Under the pieces are notes generated by a model. It saw only the letters and a list, made by a program, of their open reading frames with translations. It was not told where the DNA came from and searched no databases. Position numbers and translations under genes: made by a program. From Lytechinus pictus (taxonomy: Eukaryota), in assembly GCF_037042905.1 (NCBI RefSeq), contig NC_087251.1, forward strand, positions 7,380,001 through 7,444,000: 64,000 nt of DNA, in the 5' to 3' direction. Shown here in pieces: positions 51,403-62,910 of this stretch (positions within the stretch are counted from its first letter, which is position 1; the number at the start of each line of letters is the position of its first letter).

Positions 51403-54132
51403 TTAAATTTAATAAAAGCTTGTCTGAAATTCACACAGATGACTCGCTATCATGCAGCCACCATTGGCATTAGATTAGGGGGAACAATGCAAATCCCCCC
51501 GACGGGGCTCATCGATTTTTGTCTTTATTTCATAAAAATATATAAAAAGAACTGTACCAAAATAAAGATTATTATTCCATTTGGCCTGAAATGCACCAAA
51601 ACACAAAACGGGGAAAAATAAACTTAAAAGGGGGGAAAACAGTGACTTACTTCGGCTGTCGCGCAACTTCACTTCCCTGTTTTATCCGAACATAATAAAC
51701 ACATAAAGATCATAAAGATTCATATGGCCATAGTCCTGTACAGATCAAGCTAGAACTTCGGTCTCTGTATTTGGTGAGTGGAGCCAACGGAGTTCAGCGG
51801 AACAACCAACATTAAGGCATGCCAACATTAACAGAGACCGAAGCTTTTGGTCTAGGGCCATGGAAGTGTGGCATAATCGTGATATAGTCCCCAAATCCAA
51901 AAATGGGGATTATTAGAATCACACCTACCAGAACGCATGAAAATCACTTCCTTTCTCCAGAACACAGTCCCCAACTCTCGCACAGCTCGCGCTCGAGAAC
52001 TTGCGAAATGATAACACACACAAATGAAACACACTTACACTTGGATTCTCTCCCTATATATACTTGTGATACAGTCCCCACTCTACGGGTAATCAAGTTC
52101 ACTTTGCACGCAGTGGGGATAGCTCCAACAGTATATTATACTCGTGATACCGTCCCCTCACAACATAAAATCGTGCTCGTTTGACAAGGGGATGGGGACA
52201 GTTTCCCAGTGCAACGTGACAAGGAAGACTCATTCAAAACCTTCGGGAATCATCATTATTATTGTCATTATCATATTATATTATCATTATTATCATTATA
52301 TTATTATTGTTATTAAATCATAATTATCATTATTGTTATTATCATTATTATTATTATTATTGTTATTTAATCATAATTATTATTATTATTGCTATTATCA
52401 TTATTATTAGTGTCAATATTATTATTATCATTATTAATATTATTATTACTATCAACATCATATATCATTATTATTGTTTATTATTGTTGTTGTTATTATT
52501 ATTATTATAATAATGATGATAATATTATAAATTATTATATTAATTATCATTATTATTATTATTCTTTATCATTGAAAATGTGCCCCTTCCATCCATTCTG
52601 TTCCTTGTATTTCATTTAATTCCTTCAAATGAAATCACTGTAGACTCATAATAACGTTTGGGTATTAATTATTATCATAATTATTATCATCATTGGCATC
52701 ATTTTCATTATTGTTGTTGTTATTATTGAAAGAGTCACCCCAAAACATTAAAGTAATCAATACAAATATGTGACGGAAATGAAAAGTAAAGTAATGATAA
52801 CAACAATAGTATAATGATGGGGATGATGATAATAAAGATTAATAACAATAATGATGTTGATAATAATTATGATAAAGGTTAATATAATGTTAATAATAGA
52901 GAATAATAACAATAATAATAATTATTATAAAATAATAAATAAAAGATAAATTAATGTTAACAAAATATAAGGATAACAATATTAGGTAAATAATTAATAA
53001 ATACCATAAAAAATAATGACAATAATGATGATAATAATTACGATAATACCCAAAAGTTATGAATGAGTCTACAGTACGTGATTTCATTTGAAGGAATTAA
53101 ATGAAATACAAGGAACGGACTGGATGGAAGGGGCACATTTCCAATGATAAAGAATAATAATGATAGTAATAATATAATAATTTATTGTACTATTATCACT
53201 ATTATGATGATAATAACAACAACAATAAAGAATAATATTTATTATGATGATAGTAATAATAATATAATAAAAATAACAATGATAACAACAACAGCAATAA
53301 TAATATAATAAGGGATAATAACAATATTAATAACAACAACAATGATAAAGAATAATGATTAATGATGATGATAATAATAATAATATAACAACAACAATAA
53401 TAAAGAATAATAATGATATATGATGATATTCATAAAAATAATTATATTAATAATGATAACAAAATATTGATAATAAAAATAATAATAATAATAAAAACAA
53501 CAATAATAATATAATAAAGGATAATAACAATAATAATAACAACAATGATAAAGAATAATAATGATGTATGATGATGATAGTAATAATAAAATAAATAATA
53601 ACAATAATAATGATAATTATGATTAAATAACAATAATAATGATAATAACAATAATGATAATTATGATTAAATAACAATAATAATAATTATGATGAAATAA
53701 TGATAAAATGATAATAATGATAATATAATATGATGATGACAATAATAATAATAATTCCCGAAGGTTTTGAATGAGTCTCCCTTGTCACGTTGCACTGGGA
53801 AACTGTCCCCATCCCCTTGTCGAACGAGCACGATTTTATGTTGTGAGGGGACGGTATCACGAGTATAATATACTGTTGGAGCTATCCCCACTGCATGCAA
53901 AGTGAACTTGATTTCCCGTAGAGTGGGGACTGTATCACGAGTATAGCTATACTGTTGGAACTGTCCCCACTGCGTGCAAAGTGATCTGTGTATCCCATAG
54001 CGCGGGGACTGCATCACGAGTATACTATACTGTTGAAACTGTCCCCACCGCCGTGAAAATCAAACTTGATTTCCCATAGAGTGGGGACTGTATCACGAGT
54101 ATATAATAGGGAGAGAACCCAAGTGTAAGTGT

Positions 54133-55535
54133 CCCGGGGGGGGGGGGGGCACTCAGTATATACTGCATAGTGGGTATGTGCCGCGGAGGGGACCCCCATT
54201 TTTACACTAAAATTTCCGTTCCAAGGCATATCATTTTTTGTCTTATTGAGAAAAAGAACAAAGAAAGCCGCTCCAAAGCATAGCATTTTCTTCTTATTGA
54301 GAAAAAGAAGAAATAAATCCGCTCCAAGGCTTCGCATATTTTCCGTTATGCCGTTCCGGTCGCATTGTTCTGCTACAATCAGCCGCAATTTTGGTGAAAA
54401 GCGGCCGCAGAGCGCTGTCCGACCATCGCCTCTGCGCTAGCGCACCCGGCGCCCGTGCCGCTGGGCTAGCTGCAAAGCAGCTGCTAGACCAAAAGCTTCA
54501 GTCTCTGTATTTTGGTTGTTCCGCTGAACTACATTGGCTCCACTCACCATACATAGACTGAAGGGGATGGGGCCCCGTACCTACAGCCAACGTATAGTGA
54601 ACTAGCGTTTTATAGATCGCGATTTAAAACTGTTTTTTAAGCAAAATTGAAAGTTTCATGGTTTCCATTATCAGGGAAATATAAATAACTTAAGTAATTG
54701 CATACCTTGGGCCGGAGTTATTGAAAAAAATCCTCTGGATGATTGAGAAATCTGTCATCTAAGACATTTTCACCTGACCTGACGGTTTTTCTTGCAAGTT
54801 GCCATCTTGAATGACGTCATTATCGTTATTAACTTAATGTCTCGAATCGATATATCGCGATTATAACTAGTACTAGTACTAGTATAACTAGTATCGTTTA
54901 TCTTCGGTTTCGTTCGCATATGGAGCAGATCGTATAATATCGAAAGCAATATCGATATCACATTCGTGATTGTTGACGTTCGTTTGTAAATATTTTATAG
55001 TTTGGCTGCCATTTTGACCATTTTTATCGTGTTCAACCCAATTAAACATCGGTAAAGTATATTTTTCATGCCTTTTTCATCTATATCGTTTAAAGTATTT
55101 AAATATTAAAATATCAAGTTTTAAAAGTTTGTTGTTTATACATCCTTAGATTGTAAATTCGATGTGTAAAATTACATCAAACTTTGGACTGTGAATTGAC
55201 AAAAGGGAGGGAATGAGAACACATGCGAGCCCACACGTACACCCTACCGTCGGTAAATGGGGATTACAGTAAAATGTCAGAAATTGTTGAATAAATCCCC
55301 GGAAACGACGGTTATTCCTGTCTAAGCAGCTGCATGCACGTTCCATAGGGGTGCATACGCACTCACACGCAGGGACCCGTTCCAAGGACCCCCGTTTTCA
55401 CAAACATTTGTAGTTCCGAAGCCCGTTCCGAGGACCCTCCTTTTTACAATAAGCCCGCTCCAAGGCCCCCGTTTTTTGTCTCGCCCGCGGCACATACCCA
55501 CTACTTTTTTGGTCGAGTGCCCCCCCCCCCCCGGG
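54133..55535. mobile_element. CCCGGG(G)n MITE nested in the foldback right arm
   Basis: TIR cccg(g)n-cactc / gagtg(c)n-ggg; perfect 8-bp TSD gtaagtgt (54125-54132, 55536-55543). Confidence 0.85.
54485..55324 (+). mobile_element. TAGAC...GTCTA Mutator-like element, long form, copy 1
   Basis: Perfect 9-bp TSD agcagctgc (54476-54484, 55325-55333). Confidence 0.88.
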
Positions 55536-55778
55536 GTAAGTGTGTGTTATCATTTCGCAAGCTAAAGTAAAGAGCTGTGCGAGAGTTGGGGACTGTGACC
55601 TGTGTTCTGGAGAAAGGAGGTGATTTTCATGCGTTCTGGTAGTGGTAGGTGTGATTTTGATAATCCCCATTTTTGGATTTGGGGACTATATCACGCTTAT
55701 GCCGGAAGGGTTGCAATTTTGCATGCGCCTTGCCTTCAATTTTCCTGTACGCGGCGGCATGTAATGCACCCGTGGGTG

Positions 55779-56547
55779 TAGACCAAAAGCTTCAGTCTCT
55801 GTATTTTGGTTGTTCCGCTGAACTACGTTGGCTCCACTCACCATACATAGACTGAAGGGGATGGGGCCCCGTACAGCCAACGTATAGTGAACTAGCGTTT
55901 TATAGATCGCGATTTAAAACTGTTTTTTAGGCAAAATTGAAAGTTTCATGGTTTCCATTATCAGAGAAATATAAATAACTTAAGTAATTGCATACCTTGG
56001 GCCGGAGTTATTGAAAAAAATCCTCTGGATGATTGAGAAATCTGTCATCTAAGACATTTTCACCTGACCTGACGGTTTTTCTTGCAAGTTGCCATCTTGA
56101 AATTGAATGACGTCATTATCGTTATTAACTTAATGTCTCGAATCGATATATCGCGATTATAACTAGTACTAGTATAACTAGTATCGTTTATCTTCGGTTT
56201 CGTTCGCATATGGAGCAGATCGTATAATATCGAAAGCAATATCGATATCACATTCGTGATTGTTGACGTTCGTTTGTAAATATAGTTTGGCTGCCATTTT
56301 GACCATTTTTATCGTGTTCAACCCAATTAAACATCGGTAAAGTATATTTTTCATGCCTTACATCCTAGTTAGATTGTAAACTCGATGTGTAAAATTACAT
56401 CAAACTTTGGACTGTGAATTGACAAAAGGGAGGGAATGAGAACACATGCGAGCCCACACGTACACCCTACCGTCGGTAAATGGGGATTACATTAAAATGT
56501 CAGAAATTGTTGAATAAATCCCCAGAAACGACGGTTATTCCTGTCTA
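55779..56547 (+). mobile_element. TAGAC...GTCTA Mutator-like element, long form, copy 2
   Basis: Perfect 9-bp TSD ccgtgggtg (55770-55778, 56548-56556); near-identical to copy 1 apart from indels. Confidence 0.88.
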
Positions 56548-58127
56548 CCGTGGGTGCCATCTCTCCGGCTCCGCTCTTCGGCACCGTTACCGGTATGGTC
56601 GGTAGGCCCATAGAGTTATAAGTATAACTCTAGTCTAGGCCAGAGTGCATCGATAGATATAGCACGGCACGGGCTCTGTTCGATGTATGAGAGCGGGCGC
56701 AGGCGGAATTATTTGAGTTTTTGACGTGAAAAATTATATTAATTCTATATAGAAAAATGAAATAAAGTTCTACTATACTCAAATTCAATAAAGAATACAA
56801 TAAAACAACTGAGCAGAGATTTCACTTACCAAAACCTTGTTTCATGTGTCACCAAAAATCGGTTATCAGAAGATGTTTACACCGCACTCCATGGAAATGG
56901 TATGGCGATCTCGAAATATGCAGCATTATATGGTATCGTCAATTAAAAAAAATCAAAATTACCAACTTTAGTTATTTGTAAAGAAATTGACTTATTCCAA
57001 ATGTTCATTCAATCTCTAATACTATTTTTTCTCAACATTACATTCCATTAATTTTCATTAGCATGGTTTCCTAAATTTGAATGAAGTTTGAGTTTGCCAT
57101 ATCCTATTTTGATTCGCATATTAATTCAAAATGTATTTTGAAATATGTTGAAATTAAGGCCTGAAAATGGACTTTTTAAGCACTTGTATAACTATGAATA
57201 GGATGCATGGGTGAATATATTTTATCAATCAAAATTTTTTTTGATCAACTGTCATGGAAAGGGTTTTGCTTAGTAGTTTGTTAGAATTAATTTAGAGATA
57301 AACACAACTCACCTGGATCCGCCTGTGGAAAAAGGGGTTTGCCATTTTCTTGTTTATTCATTGGCAGAAAGGAATTCTATATGTCTACCGGTATTTTCCT
57401 GCGTAAATGTAGGGCCTACATTAACAAAAGTTTCAATGAAAGATGGAATCATTTCCCGTGCGGAGAAATCATGATTTTGTACTGTACTATAGATGTAAAA
57501 ACTAAATTTTATATTTAATTTGCTGATTTCTGTGTAATATTACATTTTTTTTTTGCAATTACGGAATTATGGGGGGGGGGGGCAAAACAATATGCTTGCC
57601 ATCACCCCAATATTTTCATTGGTGGGGCGATCGCCCCATTTGCCCCCCCCCCCCCCCCCCGATCGACGCCTCTAGCAGTCATATAGTATTTCTTATTTTT
57701 CAAAGAGCAAAAACTGTTTATAAACTGCAATTACCATGTGATGAATTGGGAAATACATCTGATAAAAATATTAGCAGAGGCAAACTGAAACGATACAACA
57801 TACATACTTAAAAAGTCCGAGAAAATGACACCTTTCTTCCTTCCCTGACACAATGTTTTCTATTAAGTAAAATTATAATTAACACTTTTTTATGATTCCA
57901 AACATTATCAAAATAGTGAATGTACCGAAACATAAGATTTGACAATTCTTTGCATAAAAGAAGAGAGAGATTAATTTACCAAAACTGTTGATAAGGGTCT
58001 GAAAAGTAAGAATACGATTCCAAATATGGATGGCCTGACGTGGCAGAATCTTTATCAATTCAATAATTTTACCATTTGTAAATGAACAGTTTTATGGAGT
58101 TTCACCAAACAGTTTTATATTTTCTGT

Positions 58128-58849
58128 CAGGGGCAGCGGAACCGGGGGGGGGGGGGGGGGCAAAAAAATATCCCCGTAGAAAAAAAGGCCCCTTTTCAGA
58201 ATGAAAAATGCCCTTTTTTCAAAATGAAATGTGCACTTTTTTAAAGTTAAATAGGTATTGAAGTAAAACATAGTACACTTTAGGTCAGGAAATCACAAAA
58301 GTTTTAACTTGCGCCTCGCATCATTAACGTTTAGAATCAAGGTATTCGTCCTGTTCATGGTTAAAAAATGCATAAGATGTCCAGTTTTCAGGTTGGAATA
58401 TCACACAGGCTTGTGTTTCGCGCTCGAATCAATTATTGTTTAAGGTACTCATTCTGTTCCTGGTTACAGTGCTTAGAATATCCAGTTTTCAGGTGAGAAA
58501 ATAACAATTTTCTGGCTCGTATCAACATTTTGCAAGGATGCCCTTTTAAACAGTAATTAGGTCCATAATTTTGATCAAAAAGCGAGTTTTACAACTTCAG
58601 ATTTGACATTAGTTTTCCAAACTGCTCGATCGCGAAAAAATAAGACCTAGATATATATCTTATCAATCATAAATCACTTCAAAAATACTTTCAACTAAAT
58701 CACTACAAAACACACAACTTCTTCACACCAATGATAATCTCATGGTGAAAATATCCGTTTGCACCAAAATGCCCTTTTGCCATATAAGTGCCCTTTTTGG
58801 GCTTTGCCCCCCCCCAAAAAAAACACAAAAATACGTTCCGCCACCCCTG
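58128..58849. mobile_element. hAT-like MITE
   Basis: TIR caggggcagcggaac / gttccgccacccctg; perfect 8-bp TSD ttttctgt. Confidence 0.85.
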
Positions 58850-59284
58850 TTTTCTGTTCCTATCAATAGTGATGATCAGGCCCTCTTGTTTTGCCCAGTT
58901 TCCCAGGACCTGCTTGAAACAGCGGACAAATAGCTCACTATCTCCGATTAAGTAAAAAGGTTAGACTTAATTATGACGGTGTTTGGGACGGTTTTCGAGA
59001 AATGGGCCCCGGAATGACCGATACATGACAAGACGTTCTTAGACTATCTTTGAAATATTGTTGTCACTGTGGGGTTTTCAAATTAGCCAAATAGGTGATG
59101 TCATCAAGATGTGGAGCAGGGACCAGGAGCAGAAACCAGAATAAAAATACATTTATCTTCAGAAAAGTGGCATAATGAGTAAAAAAAAAAAACATTGAGG
59201 GGGCAGAACATGGTGCAGGTGCAATTTTTTGGTTTTAAGTTGAAAGCGAGCCAAAATTTTCTTTAAAGGAAAACTTTATTTAAT

Positions 59285-59482
59285 GAGGCGCGATAGCTCA
59301 GTCGGTAGAGCGGGGGTTTCGGATTCCGGTGACCCGGGTTTCGATTCCAACTTGGTGCACAGGTGCCCTTTGGTAAGGCATTTATCTTCATTACCAGGTC
59401 CCTCGGAGAGGACCTTAAGCTGTCAGTCCTCTGGTTGCTTACTAACAAGGATTCATGCTCTCTTAGCAATCAGGTAAAAAAA
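59285..59482 (+). mobile_element. tRNA-derived SINE
   Basis: A-box TAGCTCAGTCGG, B-box-like GGTTTCGATTCC, then tgccctttggtaaggcatt (CORE-like) and an A-tail; no proper cloverleaf acceptor stem. Confidence 0.75.
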
Positions 59483-60310
59483 ATCAACACCACCACCTTT
59501 TAATAACGAATATCTTATCATTTGATAGATTTTGACATATAATATTTACCAAACAGGGGCCTGCCGCCGATTTTTTTAAAGTGGGTAGGAAGGGGGGGTG
59601 ACCATGCAAAAAATCACAATCAGATGGTAATTATTTTCTTTAAATTTTTTCAACACGGTTTTGGAAAAAGTTGAAGGGCTGAAGCACCCCCACGGTTCTA
59701 CAGCCCTTGCCAAATAATATCACTTTCCCCCCTTCTTCCTTTTCCTCCTTCATTTAGTCTTTTTTTTCTTGGTTGTGGAACTTTTGGGGGAAGGCGTGGA
59801 GTCCCCCACCTTATTGTATGCTAGTACTGCATCAATTTCTTGAAGCAGTAATTCCACTGGAGATTTTTCTGGGACTTTTTGCTCCGACTAAACTTTTTTT
59901 CAAACGTTTTGCTCTTTCATGAAGACATATAAGAATATGTTGTGGGATATCTTACTCGTCACCCTTTATGGCGTGCTATTTCCCAATGATGTGTTTTTCG
60001 CCCATTAACAATGTTTATCAAGCCCAAAGCACAGTCTATCGCTGATAAAAAGTGTTTTACTTGATAAAAAGTGTTTATCAGTCAGTAATTCTCTCAAGTA
60101 AATTTGTTTCTCTGTTTACCTGTGCGTTTCTCTGTTTACCTGCATTTTTAATCATGGACTTGGTGCTTATCGCATTTATTTGTATTGTTATTAAATAGTT
60201 CATTGAGGCACTTTTTCTTCAAAATGTGTACTTTGGGAAACATATGGAACCAGCAACTCCATATTCTTCACTAATGTGTCCCTTTAATCTATACCAAGCA
60301 CACCCTACTC

Positions 60311-61514
60311 CAGTGGCGTACTAGGACAAACGGCGCCCGGGGCAAGCGCTAAAATTGCGCCCCTTTCAAAGTGTTCTAAATTCTAAATTCCGCCAGTCAA
60401 AATAAAACATAATATCAATGCGAGTGTGAATATTTATCAATATTAAGACGTTAAGAAGGATTTTTTTTAATCATGAACATGATGCGCATCTAACATAAAC
60501 AATGAATGCGAGCGTTAAGCGCGAGCTGAAAATTATTGATATTCAGACCTGAAAAAGGAACAAGTAAAAAGACCCTTTTTAGGGAAGAGATGATCGGTAC
60601 CTCAGTAAATAAATCGACCTAATACGAGGGCGAAGCGCGAGTCTATTTTTCTAAATACTACAATCTTAAGAATGAATATTTTAAGCACTTTTTGTAATCA
60701 TCATCATGATGCATATCTAAACAATGCGAGAGCGAAGCACGAGCTGAAAATTGTTGATATCGAGACCTGCGACCGGGAAATTGTAGGGAGAAGACCTCAC
60801 GATGCTTATCTAATAATGCAAGCAGGATGGGTGAGCTGAAATTTTTGATATACTTACATGAAAAGTGAAAATTTGAAGGACTATTTGTAGGAATTAATGA
60901 AAAGGATTCATATCTCATCAGCGCGAGTTGATTTTTATTTATATACCCTCACCTAATTAGGGTCATTTTAATAATTGTTTGTAAAATTAATGAAGAGGAT
61001 TTGTATCTTTCTTATCAAATCAGCACGTGATGAAAAGCTTTGACAATTAAAAAAGAAAAAAATATATGTATTTCAGAATTGTTTGTAAGAATTAATTGAG
61101 AGTAACGTATTAAAATGCAAACCCGCAGCTAGAGATGAAAAAATAATGACATTGCGTTTGAAACAGGAATCTTTATTAAGGGGTGCTTTTTTTTTGGAAT
61201 TCTTAAATAGAATAAGTTTATCACTAATCAAAAGTTGGCATGAATATTCATTCCTTGGGTAAAGACATGCAAGATTCATTTTCTAAATGTGTTGGAAATT
61301 GCATTATCATTGTAATAGCATAGGACGGTATTTATCACCTTAAGTGATATTTCTTTTCTGCGCCTTTATTCCTTTGCCTTTTCTCTTCCAATTTTTGTGT
61401 TCCTTTTCTTTATTTGCGCCTCCTCTCCCTTTTTTGCGCCCCCTGAAAATGGCACTGGGGGCAAGTTGGGCACTTGCCCCCCCCCCCCCCCCCCCCCCGC
61501 TAGATACCCCACTG
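60311..61514. mobile_element. CAGTGGCG-type MITE (approximate ends)
   Basis: cagtggcgtactag ... ctagataccccactg; internal gcgaagcgcgagctgaaa repeats shared with 7470-8030. Confidence 0.5.
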
Positions 61515-62724
61515 CCACCTACCCCCAATACCTAACTCACCCCCTCATACTCCCACAAAATATATGCATTCATTCAAACTCTCCTGGTTTACATGTTCCT
61601 ATCTCATGTTCCCTTCATCTTTTCTCTTATTCTACCCCCCTCCCGATCCTCATCGTGTCAAAATCATTTAAAATCACATTCAAATATTCACTTCCGCACC
61701 ACATACATATTTTTGTATGTTAACTATGCAATTAGAAAGAACGAAAGGGATGGGGTCACTACTTGAGGTCAAGTTTGAAGGGGTCAAACACAAACGAATT
61801 TCATTAAAGCATTCATTTAAAAAAAAAGGTGATACTTGACCCTTTATTAGAAAACAAGCACATTAAATTGTTGCATGATATATACATTCCTCATGATAAG
61901 ATGGACCAATCACTATCCTCAAGGTAGCCAGATCCTGCAATACTTACACAAATTGTTTCCTATTATCTGGGATTGAAACTTGAGAAGTCATTCATTTGAG
62001 CTGATAATTTTGTTGGAAAAATAATATACAAGCAGTATTTGTCAAAACTTATAATTGATTTTGTAACCTACAATGGACTTGAAATAGAAGGGAAAGGAGC
62101 ATATATGTCAGCTTCACATTATCATTCTTTTTCATCAATTAACCACTTTTTCTGATTCTTGTGCTGGTCTAGTGTGAACCTGGGCAGGATGAGTTTTTAT
62201 ACCAAGGTTGAATAGATGAAGCATTGCACAGTATCTTAGCTCTACATATATGTATACAATGTGTGACAATACAATGAGGGTACCAACATTACACCTCTTT
62301 ATCACAATAGCAAAGTCTGTGACAATACTATGCACTATCATATAGCCCTATCCATAATGTTTTATTCATGACATTGAAGAACTGAAACTGGTCATCACCT
62401 CTACAAGTACAGCACTTTTAAAATCTATTTCTATATCTTTCAAAGAAATCATGCCTCAGTGGTAAATTTCAATCCTGCTTACGTTTCATTATGTTATAAT
62501 ACTAACAATGTGATTCACAAGCCAACATTCGTGTTTACAACCTCACTATCCACCATTATCAACATACATTTAAGCATTTAAGGTGAGGTATTCTTATAGG
62601 TGAAGTCACAACCTGTCGATCATAACATTTTAGTCCATCCTTTTGTAGTGGTACACATTTTGTCACACTGAACCAAATTGATCTTAAGAGGGCGCTATGC
62701 CAGTTTATGTTTAATCTTTGTGAA

Positions 62725-62910
62725 GTGCCGTGGCCGAGTGGTCTAAGGTGCCTGGCTATACATTGAAAGTCTGGGGTTCAATCCCCGGCCGCGGCACCTA
62801 TGCCCGTGAGCAAGGCATGTAATCTACAATGCTCTTTTATCCTGCTTTCAAGTAAATGGAAATGCTATATGCATTATTGGTAACTAGGTGTGCACTTGTT
62901 TTAAAAAAAA
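62725..62910 (+). mobile_element. tRNA-derived SINE (second family)
   Basis: A-box TGGCCGAGTGG, B-box GGTTCAATCCC, tgcccgtgagcaaggcat core, A-tail. Confidence 0.75.

Larger units (their letters stand above)
51870..55703. mobile_element. Long foldback element with internal ATT/AAT microsatellite arms (GG termini, 8-bp TSD; Merlin-like?)
   Basis: TIR ggcataatcgtgatatagtccccaaatcc / ggatttggggactatatcacgcttatgcc; flanks ggaagtgt / ggaagggt; 52030-52700 is mirrored at 53030-54132. Confidence 0.75.

Noticed and set aside
49239..51854. One 2.6-kb element bounded by two inverted TAGAC ends
   Set aside because: The flanks (acagaacgc vs gggccatgg) do not form a TSD.
52262..53677. I/L/Y/N-rich ORFs
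   Set aside because: ATT/AAT microsatellite inside a foldback element.
54485..56547. Tandem segmental duplication or assembly error
   Set aside because: Each copy has its own distinct perfect 9-bp TSD and private indels.
56611..56632. Small hairpin tagagttata-ag-tataactcta
   Set aside because: Too short to interpret; probably a collapsed MITE remnant.
59285..59365. Possible tRNA genes here and at 62725-62800
   Set aside because: A and B boxes are present but the cloverleaf is imperfect, and each is followed by a SINE core and A-tail.
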